A stretch of DNA of 60,160 nucleotides, filler included, from Dimargaris cristalligena (taxonomy: Eukaryota), in NCBI GenBank assembly GCA_003614675.1. It is 3 parts of 3 records of this genome, joined end to end, with 100 filler letters (N's around TTAATTAATTAA, not from the genome) between each part and the next. Parts side by side here need not be neighbours in the genome. Positions count along the whole stretch, not along the records: positions 1 to 20,050 come from ML002710.1; 2 more parts are not named here. The stretch is one strand, 5' to 3'. A program made the translations under genes and the position numbers. The notes beneath the pieces were generated by a model. It was given only the letters and a program-made list of their open reading frames with translations. It did no database searches and had not been told where the DNA came from. The stretch's first letter is position 1; each line of letters begins with the position of its first letter. Positions 1-13,600 of the stretch are shown piece after piece.

Positions 1-426
1 GTTTCCCAATCCCCCCATATACTTTACCACTAACCCCCCCCCCCCCAAACTCAGAAGATATCGCCGTTGAGTGCCTCGTGATTTTGTTAGCCTAATCATT
101 CCGCAAAATATCCGCCATACCATACCATGCCATACCATTTCCGTTCCTCTTGTTTAACTACAACGAACAGCCCCTTGCGTGCTCCCATTTATCCACAGTT
201 ATCTATTTTCTAAATGACGTGCTAATCCCAAGATCCTCTCTCACTCCCGCTACTACTTCAGATACCAATTACAGTAGTCCTGAGCGGCAGAGAGGTATGC
301 CCTAATTAAATAGTTTATTATATATATATACGTAATTCATTCTAGAAAACCGTAGTGAGGATGCTATTACTTATAGCGATGGCTCAACAACCACCCTCAT
401 AAAACCACCCCACCCGCCCTGCATGC

Positions 427-3400
427 TTATTTATCGGCCCTGAAGGATTTCCACACTTGCGGCTGCTTCGGCTCTGGGGCTTGGTTCTGAGTCTCGCGCT
501 GGTGGCGACTGCAGATACGGCGCAGGTAGTCCATGAACGCATCCCCGCTGGACTCCCGGGCGGCCCCTCCCTCCCCTGTACTACTGGCCTCCCCCGTAGT
601 GATACTGGCCCCCTTGAGATCCTCAAAGTACAAAATCTGGTTTTGCCGGAAACTCCGGTACTTCTCGGCGATTCGGGCCTGGGAGTCCTGGTCTTCTTGC
701 ATCCTAAATTCCGTAGGGGGTTGTGAATTAGAGCTCTGAGCAGTCGGGCCCGAAGTTGCGGTGTCAGCGGAGGGTTCTCCGTCGGTGCCTTGGTCATCTC
801 CGCCAAGGGCCGCCTCCAGCACAAACCGACTCACCTGAATATCATCAGGGAGGGTGATTTTCCGGCTTCCATCAATGGTTATGGCGCTCTCCGTCTGGTC
901 GTTGGGAATGGCTTCCACGTATACCACCAGCCTGTTTAGGTTCCGGATACACTCAAAGGACACCACCAGTGTCTGAGAATGACGTGGCCGGTTGGTACAA
1001 TAACAAATCATTGCAGTATAGGTGGATGTGGTTAAAGTCTACTCTAGAAATACGAAAAGGCGCGCATCGCCGGAGTTGGCTCTGGGTCCATGACGCTGTC
1101 CTTCCCGAATAACCCCCCAGTCCACCATATATCACCTCATCATAATACCCCTACCCATTGGGGGAAAAACAACACTATATTCATAATCTTACCTGAGCGG
1201 GGTACTTGGCAGTAACGGTATCGAACACCTTTTCCAGCAATTGTAGGGTCAAGAAGAAGTACTTGTCCCCGCGCCGGGTCGATCCAAATAGTACCTTATC
1301 CATCTCCTCGCGAGGGATGTACTGGAACCCAAACAGCGATTTGGTATTATGGAAGGCCACGAATACCCCATCCATATTTCCGATGCGGGCCTGGAAGTTA
1401 TACTTGAGGAATGCTGATCGCATCATGTCAAAGTATTCCCGCTCGAAGGATTCAATCAGCCCCGATGGGTATTTGATTCGGTATTCGGTGGCCGACTGGT
1501 GTTTCAAGGGAAGTTGGTATAATCGCGGGTTTGATAATTATGAAAACCCCATCAAGGTCAAAAATAAATTAATCGCAATCCCTTGCGCTAATATTCATGA
1601 TACCAGATAAAGACAATGATTTTACTATACTGAGCACATAGTCGGAATCCCAAATAAATACTGGTGGCTTACATCAAACTCATCACGGAGCAGCCGAATG
1701 GCGATGGTGGCCCGTGATTTAAGATCAAATGATTTGAGTGGCAGGCGCTTGTCGTAACAATCTAACTGGGACCGCAGCAAGAAACGATTGTACTAGATAC
1801 ATCCAAGGGATTACCGCCGGCAGTCGCATTAAAACAAGCCCCACAACTGCCATATGGTTAGTCTCGATGGAAATCAACGAATAGTATTTGGCCCTGAAAT
1901 GAAAGTGTACCTGGGGTGCTACAGCCTCACCTGGATATCGCCTCTTAAGGCAGGGGACCGCTTCATACACCGACGAAATGGGTTCGATAATTATACAGTG
2001 GGTAACCTACCGATGCGTAGCTGTACTGCTCCTCAGCCATATTGACTTTACTACTGTCCTTACTCTTCTTCAGAAGACGCTCGAAATGTGGCTGCCGGAG
2101 GGTCAGGAACCGTTCCATCGATTTACCCTATTTAAACATATACAACAACCCCCGCGCCCCCATGTATCCATGTTACACCATAAGTTCAAACCATCAACAT
2201 CGTAATACGGATTAGAATGGGCGAATAGGCCCCGTGTTCCCCTATCCTGTTTTTTCCTGCAAAACACAACAACTAAAACGGGGGTTTGGGGATTTTCGAA
2301 TGATATCCATAGGTTATCCAAATCAAATGTCAACGGGGTCCAAAGAATAAACTGGCGTAGGCCAGAGTAGGCAACTTACCAGAATCATCAGGATACTATC
2401 CTCCACATCGAAGCTTTTATCAGCGTCAATCGCATAGACGCCCTTATTATATCGTAAGTAAACCGATGCAGGTACCCGCATTCCGCGAGTGTGACTGTCA
2501 GGCTATTCCCGTATATAAGCAAAGCGTGGCCAGCCAATTAATGGGGGGAGGCAGATGATGGCCATAAAGAAATTGGGTTAATGACATGGTTTATCAAGCC
2601 CCTGCATGTACACCCCACAGACAGTCTACCGGTGTCCTATTATATGCCCTATAGCAATCGCAAGTATCAGTTAACGACAGCCCACAAGGGCAGATTGTAC
2701 TAAAAATATATACGGGGTCTACGTATATAATGGCCACTTACCAGTTTCATGAACCTTTGGGAGAGTGGGGTTATATCCAAAGGACGCCACATGGACACTA
2801 GGAAAAAAATGTGTGACAGAATGTGGGTCATGGATGAGGTTGAACCCACGTATTTACTATTGTTCTTCTTAGCCTTCGAATGAAGGGTCTATACAGGAAG
2901 TGCGATCAATTAGTTCATAGCGGGATAAGCATATATATCATCCATGGGCAGTTAGGAATCCGGCGCTTATCCAGTATAAGCAAAATTGGGCCAAACCATT
3001 CGTGCCCCATAACCAACACAATAGTATCCGTATAAACCACCTAAGCTTACCTTGTCTTTGGAAGGCTTGATAAAGGGCTGTAGCTTGTCGAAGTCAAACG
3101 CGTCGTTAGGTGGAACCTTTTGAAGCCATGGATCGAAGTTGAACACCTTCGAGCGCGAATCCTGTAGATAATGGACCCCTGGACTAAAAAGTACGCGGTC
3201 GAGATCGTGGGCTAACCGGGGCAGTTTACGGAAGTCCGGTTTCTCGAACTGCATGGTCATTGCCATCGGGTCAAGCTGAAACGTCACCGGTTCACCCAGG
3301 TTGCCGCCGCTTCGCTTTTGGATCTGCGCACCCAGATCATCTTCAAGCTCTTCGATGGCTGATAATCGAAACCAGTACAAATTACATTTCATAGTAGTTA

Positions 3401-3763
3401 ACAATACAAATGCCATATTCTAAGTTAGTATCATTCTAAACCGTCAGGTGGGGAAGAGGGGTTAACAACCCTAGCACTGTAGGGAGGCCATCAATTCGAT
3501 TACCCACTAAAGTAACCCCCCTGTTAGCGACCCGACAGGCCCTATTATCCGTACAACTTACCGGTGGTCTCGTTGGCGAATTTGAATTCGACCTCATTCC
3601 CAATGGGCTCGATCGGGCTCTCAAACTCCACGGTTTTAGCCTTGTCTGAACTCCAGCGAAGGGAGCATGCGAGGTTGTAACCAATGGGGATCCGCCGACC
3701 GGCCAGACGTGGTGTGGTGCCAAAGTAAAAGCGAGTGGACCGACCGCTGAGTAGTGCCGCCAT
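427..3763 (-). CDS. PET127: Pet127 mitochondrial RNA 5'-3' exonuclease, multi-exon
   Basis: GT-AG spliced exons read by hand include MAALLSGRSTRF (Arg/Ser-rich presequence, ATG at 3763), LPRLAHDLDRVLFSPGVHYLQDSRSKVFNFDPWL, VYAIDADKSF, GKSMERFLT, FLLRSQLDCYD..FDLKSRATIAIR and ESFEREYFDMMRSAFLKYNFQARIGNMDGVFVAFHNT. These are all Pet127 family motifs. Some exon edges and the 3' end are approximate. Confidence 0.93.
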
Positions 3764-4683
3764 GGTAGAGAGGTGGGGAATGACACAGGTTCCCTCGATC
3801 GGGGTAAGAAATGTGAAAGGGAATGGGTAATGGACTAGCAAGCAATCCACGATTTCCAAAAATAAGGTTCGAATTTTATGGAGGCACTGCCGGAGGTGAT
3901 CAATGCATGCACAATAGCCAGGTTCTAGTATTTTTTTTAAAAAAAAGTTACCCAATCGGAATTTGCTGTTTAGGTAGATCGGGTGAACTTGCTACATATT
4001 GGTGTCGCTTAAAGCCTAAAAAATGGGTATATTGGCTAGCCGACCATGCGGGTAAACCCGGAAGACTTATGAGTGTACTTAATAGGTTTTGATCAGTGAT
4101 AGACAAGCTAGTTCCGATCGTGTGGAATAGGTGTCTGTGCTAAATGCAACCGCTTAATTGAAGAGTCGGACTGATAGCAAAATTAGTTGGGTGCCCATCC
4201 CCATATCGAGTTGTACCCCACGGACCAAGCAGCAAGGTCCCAATATCCTGTTGAATACCCAACCTTTTCAACACTCCAGCCTTCCTTGTCCCTTTGTAAT
4301 TATCTATAAGCCCTTTCAATCATATAATTTTTAGTAAGGTCATTAGATATAGTATCTCACTGGTGTATAAATCGAAATCATAAATCAGTTGGACTGGATA
4401 ACGTTGACCTCGAAATTTCCCATTACCTAATTAATTGCCCGCTAACACTAGCTCGTCAATATTGGCAAACCAAACCCTTTATTCTATTACAGCCATTTCT
4501 GATACTCTTATATTAAAGTGTGGGGATACCCTTGTATTTGGAAACCTTTGAATGGGATACTCTTAGGTGGCATATAGATCGAACCGCTACCTTAAATTTC
4601 ATAGAATAAAATAGATAAATTAAGTAGAGGTGCACTTATATTTAAACTGATGGGTTGGAGTCATAGGAGTTATGCAAAGTGCC

Positions 4684-7600
4684 TTAAGATGGAGGTTGTT
4701 CTAAAAACCCGGAGCTAACCATGTAACTCAAATAACGATTCATCAAATGAGACATTGGCAGTCGATGTAGCCCATTGGGCCGACAGAGAACCTGAGTATG
4801 GCTTGCATTGATGGTGGGGAAATTCATCATCTCAGGTAAGTTATCCAAGACAAACATTAGTAATGAATACAGGGCGTTATCATCTGGCTTCTGAGCAGCG
4901 GCCTTTAAGTGTTTACACCAAATGGGGTAGTCAATGATTTCAAGGGTAAACCCATATACACGGAGCTGGTCAAAAACATCATTGTAGCTGAAAGGGGCCG
5001 GTGCATTCACATGAAAGGTACCAGTTGTAAGGGCCTTTGGTTCAGATACAATCCTGACTAGTATTTCAGCCACATAGTCCACCGGACACATGTTTACTGT
5101 ACAATCCATAATGGGGGCCTTGCCTAGCTGGATAGAGCCCTTGACGAGGCGCCATAGGAAATCATCAGTGTTGACTACTCCAGACTCACTAGCCCCCACA
5201 ATGAATCCAGGCCGAATAATAGTGCAGGGATATCCTCGGATATGGGCTTCTTGTATGAGTTTATCAGCCACCCATTTACTTTGATCATACCCAGCGGAAA
5301 TATTGAACCGACTTCTTTCTAGATCATCTGACTCCGGGATTCCAGTATCCAATATGGATTGGGTTAGGTTGTCCTTGGTAAATACAGATAGAGTTGATAT
5401 ATAATGTAATGACTTAATATGATGGGTAGTGGCAAGTTCAAGGGCTGCTAAGGTTCCCAAGACGTTGGGCCCCCGGAATTTCTCATAAGGGTACATCCAG
5501 TGGACTAAGGCCCCATTATGGATGATCACATCTACTACTCGGGTTAGGGACACCCATTCCGCCTCTGCAATGCCTAAATGGGGTTGAGCTAAGTCACCCA
5601 CAATAGCTCGGACTTGCTGGCTACCATAGCCAATAGCCTGGTTTCGATTAGGTTCAGTATTGATGCTATCAGTGGTCTCAGATTCTATAATGTCCCACTT
5701 GCTTTGCCAAACTAGGCGGCCCATACAACTTGTCTTGATCCTCTCAAATGCCTGCTTCGAGGACTGGGCCCTAACTAGACAATGTACAGTGGCTGATGGG
5801 TAGTGGCTTAACAAAGTTGCCAGAATAAAGGTCCCTAGGAAGCCGGTAGCCCCAGTCAGAAAGAATACAGGAGCATCTCCTGGCCATGCTTCATCAGGGA
5901 ATATGGTTAACCAATTATCTGAGTGGTCCTTTAGCAAAGGTGGGAGCTGATGAACAAGGTCATCAAAATCCATTGAGTATGTAGTTGGGTGATTATCAAA
6001 GTTCAAGTCAAGGGTACTACTGGTATTAGGGCTATTCTGGAACGACTCTTGTGCAATAGCTAATTGCTCTGGCATCACCAGAGTAGGGGTACTTGGAATA
6101 GTTTGCATGTTTGTTTGGATTAACTGGTCGATTTCCAAGGCCATACCATAGATTGTTGGTTGGCGGAAAACCAGATTATGGGGGATACTGGCCCCAAAAA
6201 TATTTTGAACTTGAATGGTCATTCGTGTGGCTAGAATGGAATGACCACCTAGGTTGAAGAAATTGCTATGTAGTGGGATCACTGAGTCTTCACCCAGTAC
6301 CTGTTGCCAAATTTTGCAAAGGGAGGCCTGGGTAGGACTGTAGTTTGCTATAAGATTAGGCTCATCAGTGGCAGTGCCATTATCTCCAGTAACTAAGCCA
6401 TCAGGTCCAAGTTTTTTAGTAATTAGAACTTCTTGATGCCACGGGAGGGCCGACTTATCCACTTTTTGATTAGAGTTCATTGGTAGGTGGGTCAGAAGGA
6501 TGAAAATACTGGGGACACTGTATCTAGGCAGTACTTGCTTCAGATGTTCTTTGATTTTGGATCCAAGTCCAACGAAATCACCTCCAAGACACATGTCATC
6601 ACTTATGATTACAGGTATACCAGAGACCATATTGCCTGGAACCTGGAATGGACCAATAAACTCTGGTACAATATATGATACTAAAATATCATCACTACTG
6701 TTATTTTTCTGTAGTACTGTTACACAGGCCCGAATCTGGGGATAGTGTAAGATATTACTATCAATTTCATCCAGTTCAACCCGGAACCCTCGGATTTTGA
6801 TTTGGTTGTCTATACGGCCCAGGCAATCAACTTGGCCAGTAGGTAGCCACCGACCAAGATCACCTGTATAGTATAGCTTGCCCTGGCCGGTAAAGGGGTT
6901 ATCAAAAAACTTTTCAGCATTGAGATTTGGTTGGGTAATGTAGCCCCGACTGACACCAATACCACCAATGTAGATCTTACCAACTGCCCCAATTGGTACT
7001 AGGTGGAGGTGGCTATCCAAAATATAGCATTCATAATTAGCAATTGGGCGGCCAATAGTAACTGGACCAGTGGAAGGTACCAGAGAACAGAGACTGATAA
7101 TGGTAGTCTCAGTAGGTCCATAGACATTATAGAGTGAAACAAAGGGGGTCCACTTTGCTGCAAGTTCTGAGGAAAGGCGCTCAGCACCACACACTATTGC
7201 TTTTAGCCGAGGACAGTGATGGGGTTCAATAAGTGAAAGGGTAGATGCAGTAAAGACAGCACACTCGACTACTGGTAAGACTGATAAAAACGTATCCTCA
7301 TAAAAAACCAGTATTGCACCGTTGACAATAGTAGAAAGTGCAGCAAAGAAATAGGCATCAAACCCAGAAGGCACACCACTTAAAACTCTTTGACCTGGCT
7401 TCCAAAGTTCTTTAAAAGAATTGTTGCTAATGTTATTGGCCAAGCTATTGTGCTGGACCATAACTCCCTTTGGCAAACCCGTGGTCCCAGATGTGAAAAT
7501 AATATAGGCTAAGTCAATTGGTTGAATAGGATATACTGAACTATAGTTGATAGGTTGGTGAGTGCCAATAGCAGAGTCAGTTAGAGATATTGCACTTGGC

Positions 7601-10600
7601 CATTCTGTAGTAGATTTCGTTGCATTCACAATATGTGAGCATTGGGCAGTTTCCATAATGTATTTCTGTCGACTATAGGGGAGTTTACTGTCTACTGGGA
7701 CATAAGTAGCCCCAACTGACCAAATAGCTAGCATAGCCAGGATTGTATGTGGGTGGTCAGCCACAATGACTGCCACTCGATCTCCCGGATTTATAGGAAG
7801 CTGTTGTAGGTAACTAGCTAATCCCTGGATATTGTGGGCTATTTCTGTGTAAGTCTGTGTTTGGCCAGCAAACTCTGTTGCAATATGGTTGGGATATTGC
7901 TGAACAGCATTGAAAAACATGTCTACAACATTCAAATTAGGGTTTTTTAGGATTGTAGAGTTGACTGGGCCACGTGAGAATTCCTTTAGGATGAATTGGG
8001 CCTCAGCTGGACACACTAGTGGTGCAGTCAGGATTGACTGCCCTAAAGCTAATACTGACTTTATGTAAGAGTAGAAATTATGTAGTAGACGTTCAGCAGT
8101 TTGGTATTTGAAAATATCAGGATTATACCAGAGTTGTAGTTGGGCTACGGGATATTGGTAATTAATAACTAGCTGTAAATCATATGGGAAAAGAGTTTGG
8201 GGTTGTTTGGGATGAACAGCCTGGACACCAGGGGGATAGGAATAGGAAATTGAGGATATTAATAGCACTCCAACTCGGGCTATACTGGTAAATCTAGAAA
8301 GAGGGCGAAGTCCTAATTTAGCACCCAGAACGCCATTAGCTGGGGTAATATGAGTTGCTGATACCTGACATTGTTGGAAAAGAACATTGACTAACTCTAA
8401 AATATTATCTGGTAAGTTACCAGTAAATCGGACTGGGTATGAGGTATTTGTCAAATTGGTAGATGAGGTTAGTGACTTATTAAGGTCATCTATGTGAGCT
8501 TCAAAATTGACTACAAGGTCCTCTTGGCCTGTAAGACGGAGAAGGAAAGCCACAAAAGTAGATAACCAAATAATGCTTTTACAAACTGATTTATGAGTAG
8601 CTAAATCAGATACCATCATATCCAGTTTACTTTCAAGCTTGGTTTCCACCACAGAGCATTGGAAAGCAGTAGTATTTGGTTGGGAATCATCTGTTGGAAG
8701 AGCTAACTTAGTTGTGGCATTGCATAAAAGTGAGCACCAATAATTGGTATCAGTCTTAGAGGGTAGATTCTTGTGGATATAAGGTTTGACTGGCAGTGGG
8801 TCAACAGTATCTAATTTATGGCCTTGAATACCCTGTAAGAATAGTTGAGTAAGATACTTGAAAAACCCACTATCTCCTGCAATTTCATGGACACAGAAAT
8901 TGATAGCTGACTTAATTTCCCCTTCAGATGTTTGAGATACCTGGTAGAGGGTAACTTGAAGAAGGATACCTTGTTGTAGGTTAAGGTGGATTTGCTCTGA
9001 GTTGAAATCCAAGTCAATATTCTCCAGAGGCCCAGGGATTACTTGTTCAATAACTTTGAGTTGCACTTCAGGGAGAATGTGGCAGGCAAGGATACCATTG
9101 TGGGAAGTATAAGAGCAATGCAGTGCCTCAAATTGGGATACTAGTTGATCAACAGCCATTTGGACCTTTGAAATGGAAATTGGTTCTACTAATGTGAGTG
9201 TACAGTGGTGATAGAAGTCTCTTTCAGCATCTGTGAATCTGCTGAGAGACCATATATATTGCTGATAGTTGGTTACAGGAGGGCTTGAAATGTGAGGTAA
9301 AAATGTATACTGGTTATTTATAATGATATGTTCCTGTATTTGGTTAATCTTGCTATTATCCACTAATTTAGTGATAACCAGAGCTAGGGTTTTAAGGTTG
9401 TTGTGGTTAACTAAATCACATATGGCTACCTCAATGCCATATTTCTGATATATACAAAACTTGAGCTTTTCAAACTGGCCTAGGGTGAGCCCTGAGATTG
9501 ACTCATGAATCTGGGTTATTGAAGGATTATTTAGATTTTGGGATAGGTACATCTCATTAACTAAGACAATTAACCACCATTCAGTTTCTGATAGTACCTT
9601 TGGGTATTGAAGGGAAAGGCAAGTGAGGTAGGCCTGGACAAATTTACAGATATTATATCCAGCCTGGTCAGAATAATTAGCCACATGAGGGAAACTCTTG
9701 GTAGATATAAGAGCATTTGGAATAAGCACTTGGGGAACAATGGGTGGAACTACTGTGGCCTGTAGCTTGGCTAATTCTTCCTTAGATGTATAGTCAACTA
9801 CTACTACTAATTTTTCATTGGATAATACCAGAGCCTGGGGATGGATAGCCCCAACTTGAAGGAGTACTTGTTCCAGTATGCCAAGATGCACTTGCTGGCC
9901 TTGGAAATTCACCCGCTGGGATTCAGAGCCCAAAATGTGAATCTGGTTGTCCGAATTATAGTATCCAAGTCCAAGGCCTCCAACCTTTTGAGGCAGACTA
10001 AAATTACAAGTATTGGTAAATACTAGGTATCCAAGAACCCCAGGAGGGCAGGGATGGCCCTGGTAATCTAAAACTACTAATGGAATTCCCCCTAAAGAAG
10101 AGTCTGCAGTAGGAAAAGTAAAAGTTGCTAGTTGACTACTAGTTACAGAGCAGAACCCATCAAATACAGATCCATTATAAACTAGGTAGAGGCAGGATGT
10201 ATTAATTTGAGGGCTGATACTAGATGTCAATAGTTTGGCTAAATTGACTAGTAATAGCTGGTCATTGTGTTGGGGTTCTTGTGTGAGCAAATTTGATGAT
10301 GTGGCATAGCAGTTTACTGGATTGGCATTAGGTAGAGTATACTCCCCTGCTGGCTTGATAGTCACATTATATAGTAGACATGAGAGAATAAGCCAGCTAA
10401 CCTCTGGGCTTCCAATGTCTAATAATGGATCAAAGGAACACTCATGTCTACTATTGAAATATGACTTGGCTTGAATAACAGCATGTGTGATTTGAGTACA
10501 GGTAATTGCAGTTATAGTTGGACCAGTTAAGCTCCAGTCAGAAATAAATTGTAGGCTGATATTAGGGTTGTTATACTGTGAATTGTAAGGTTGAATAGGT

Positions 10601-13600
10601 TCTAAATTAGTGCTAGGGCTATTGGTATTCCAGGATGGTATCTTAATTATATTGGTATTATGTGGGAGGTATGCCAAGTAAGTATTTGAAAAGAAAGCTG
10701 GGAGCCACACAGTCTGGGGTTCAATAGTCTCTAAAGATGTGTTAATTTGTTTCAGAGATCTAGTGTATGGGTGGATTGTTAACAGGACATCTAGTTTGAT
10801 GGCAGCTACTAAGCAGACAGAAAGCTGACTAATATCATTAACAAAGGCTAATATAGTAAGAGGGCAAGCTATTGTGGAATTAGCAGTGGAATACACAAGG
10901 GAATCAACTAGGTGGTTGAGTTGTCCAACTGATAGTACATGTTCATCAGACTGGAGGACAGGGTGGCCTGGATGCTTATTAGTAATACATTCCCAAATTT
11001 GATATAGTGGAAGAGAAGCCAAGGTAGATGTTGGATTGCAGATAGTTTGCCTGGGATTCATAGTTGGTGGATAAACTGCTGGGATAGTAAGTGTGAGCTG
11101 ATCAATAGTTGTTTGAGGATCACATATAAGTATTTGCTCAAGAATAACTTGGACCATATCCACTAGTTGGGCTATTGAGGTCTCTGAATATACAGCAGTA
11201 CTGTAAGATACCCTAACTTGGATAGATGAGGGCTGGTCTACAAAATTGATAGCCAGTGGATACTGTGTAAGCTCATGAATATATATATCTGATAGGGTTA
11301 AGTCAGAAAATTGGTTAGAAGTAAGGTCAGGAAAGTTTTCAAAGCCTAGGAGTGTATGGAATAGGGGTCCTGACTGGGCTAACCCATTCCATTGGATTAT
11401 ATCAGTGAGTTGAGAGTGCTCAAAAGGAATCATATTCACTTGGTCCTTATGAAGAGACTGTAGCCATATCCTAATATGTGATTTATCTAGGTGAACTTGG
11501 CATGGCACTGTATTGGTACAAGGTCCAATCACTTGGTCCATAGCTAGGATATTCAAATTACGACCTGATAGAATCACACCAAAAGTCACATCATCTTGGC
11601 TGAGTAGACGGCCTAAGACTAAGGCATAAGCAGCCCGGAATAGGGTTGCTATTGATATACCTAGGGTTTGAGTTGTTTGGAGTAGTTGGGCTTTGGAAAT
11701 ATTGAGTGGTGTTGAATATGATGCATGACCTGGTGAACCAATATAATCTGGGTACAGTAAGGGGGCTGGTGTAGCTTTAGCATTGTGTAGATAGTCAGTC
11801 CAAAATGCCTGAGCTAATGTGGGATCTGATTGGCATATATATCTAACAACTGCTGTAAAGCTGGTAGGGGGTGGGGATACAGCCAATTTGGGATTGTGGT
11901 AGGCTACCATCCACTGCTGGAGGAGTAGGGGCAATGACCAGCCATCCATTAATGAGTGGTGGATAGTAATAATAATATCATAAACCTGGCTATCAGCAGT
12001 GGGGAACACAAAATTGCGGACCATATGTTCTTGGAGGGTGAATCCCTGCTGTCGATTCTCAATAAAAAATGCTTCAAGGGAATCAAGAGGCTGAACAGCA
12101 ATAGTCCAGGAAGTGGGTAAAGAGGATAGCACCACTTGGAGGAACCCCTGGGATAGAGTACTGGGTGATTCAATGAATACTGTGCGCAGGGGAGAGTGCT
12201 GGTTGGCTACAGAAGCCCAGGCCTGAATCAGTTGATCACAGTCAAGTTGGCCAGTTAGCTTCATGGCCATTTGGACAAGGTACATTGATGGGTCTGAAGA
12301 TAAGTTCATGAGAAGGCCGCCCTGGACTGCAATACAGGGAAATATATCTTCAACCTGGGCGAGGGGAATGCCTCTTTGGTGTATTTGGGCCAAGACAGTC
12401 TGGAACCCAGTGTCAGAGAGAGATAAGTGTGGGAAGTCATACTTGGTAAGCAAAGGCTCAGAAATTATATTTCCAGACTGTACACCCAGGCTAGTAAGTT
12501 CACCCAAATTCTGGTGCCATCTGGCCATAATCCTAGAAATAATATCCTGGTGGTATACCCGGGGGTTATACTCTGTAATTAACCGGAGAGAGTCACCAAC
12601 TATTGCAGACATGGGGTTAAGATCAAAAATAATGTAATCCTGAGGTGAAAAATCATGCAGCCCAAAGGAATCAGACCATTCAATGGAAAGAGGATCACTA
12701 CCCTGGTGAGTACTCGAGTTACTAAACTGGCCAAAGTAGTTGAATTGGACATCCATTTTTGAAGATGTCTTGGCCATTAATTTATGTTTCTCATCAGCTT
12801 GGACACCTGGCATATATTTGATTATTGAGTAGGGAAAGCCTTTACCGGGGATTTTCTGCAAGGCCTCCTTAGTATATTGTAATAGTTCTAAGAATGATTG
12901 ACCTGATTGGATCTGGAGTACTAATGGATAGAGGGAAGTAAACCAACCTACAGTGCGTGTAATATTTTGATCAGCAGCCCAAGGTTCCCGTCCATGGCCC
13001 TCCATACAAAAGGATATCTGATCAATCCCAATGGTAGTAGAAAAGGCCTGGGCAAATGTGGCCAGTAGTAAATCTTGAGGGGTAACTCGCCATTGGGGAG
13101 CTAATTGGAAAAACAAAATACTGGTAGACTTTGAATCAAAATCCAAAGACACAGAGAGGCGGGCTACAGGGTAATCCTCAATACTGATCTCTGGTGGAGG
13201 TAGTAGAGAGTAGATATCGGGGATTGGGTGGTTGGGATCCATCTGTGTAGGCCAAATGTCTGCGGAGAGAGTACTAGAATAATCAGCCAGTTGGGTAGCC
13301 CAGGTTTGAAAAGACATTGTCTTTGGTGGAAGGGGTTTACCAAGCAATAGTGAATTTAAATCCTCAATGAGTATCCGCCAGGAAACCAAGTCCACCAGAA
13401 TATGGTGAATAGTGAAGAAGAGTTGGGTATTGAGTGGTTCAGCTGGGTTGTGGATAAGTGCCGTAGCGACGACTGGGCCAGTAGTAAGGTTGAGGCTTGA
13501 TTGGATCTGTAAAATAAAGGCTGAATAGTCATCAGGGTCCACAGTTTTCTCTAGTACCAGAAGGTCAGCACTTGTAGCCACCTCCGTAGGAATTGTTTGA

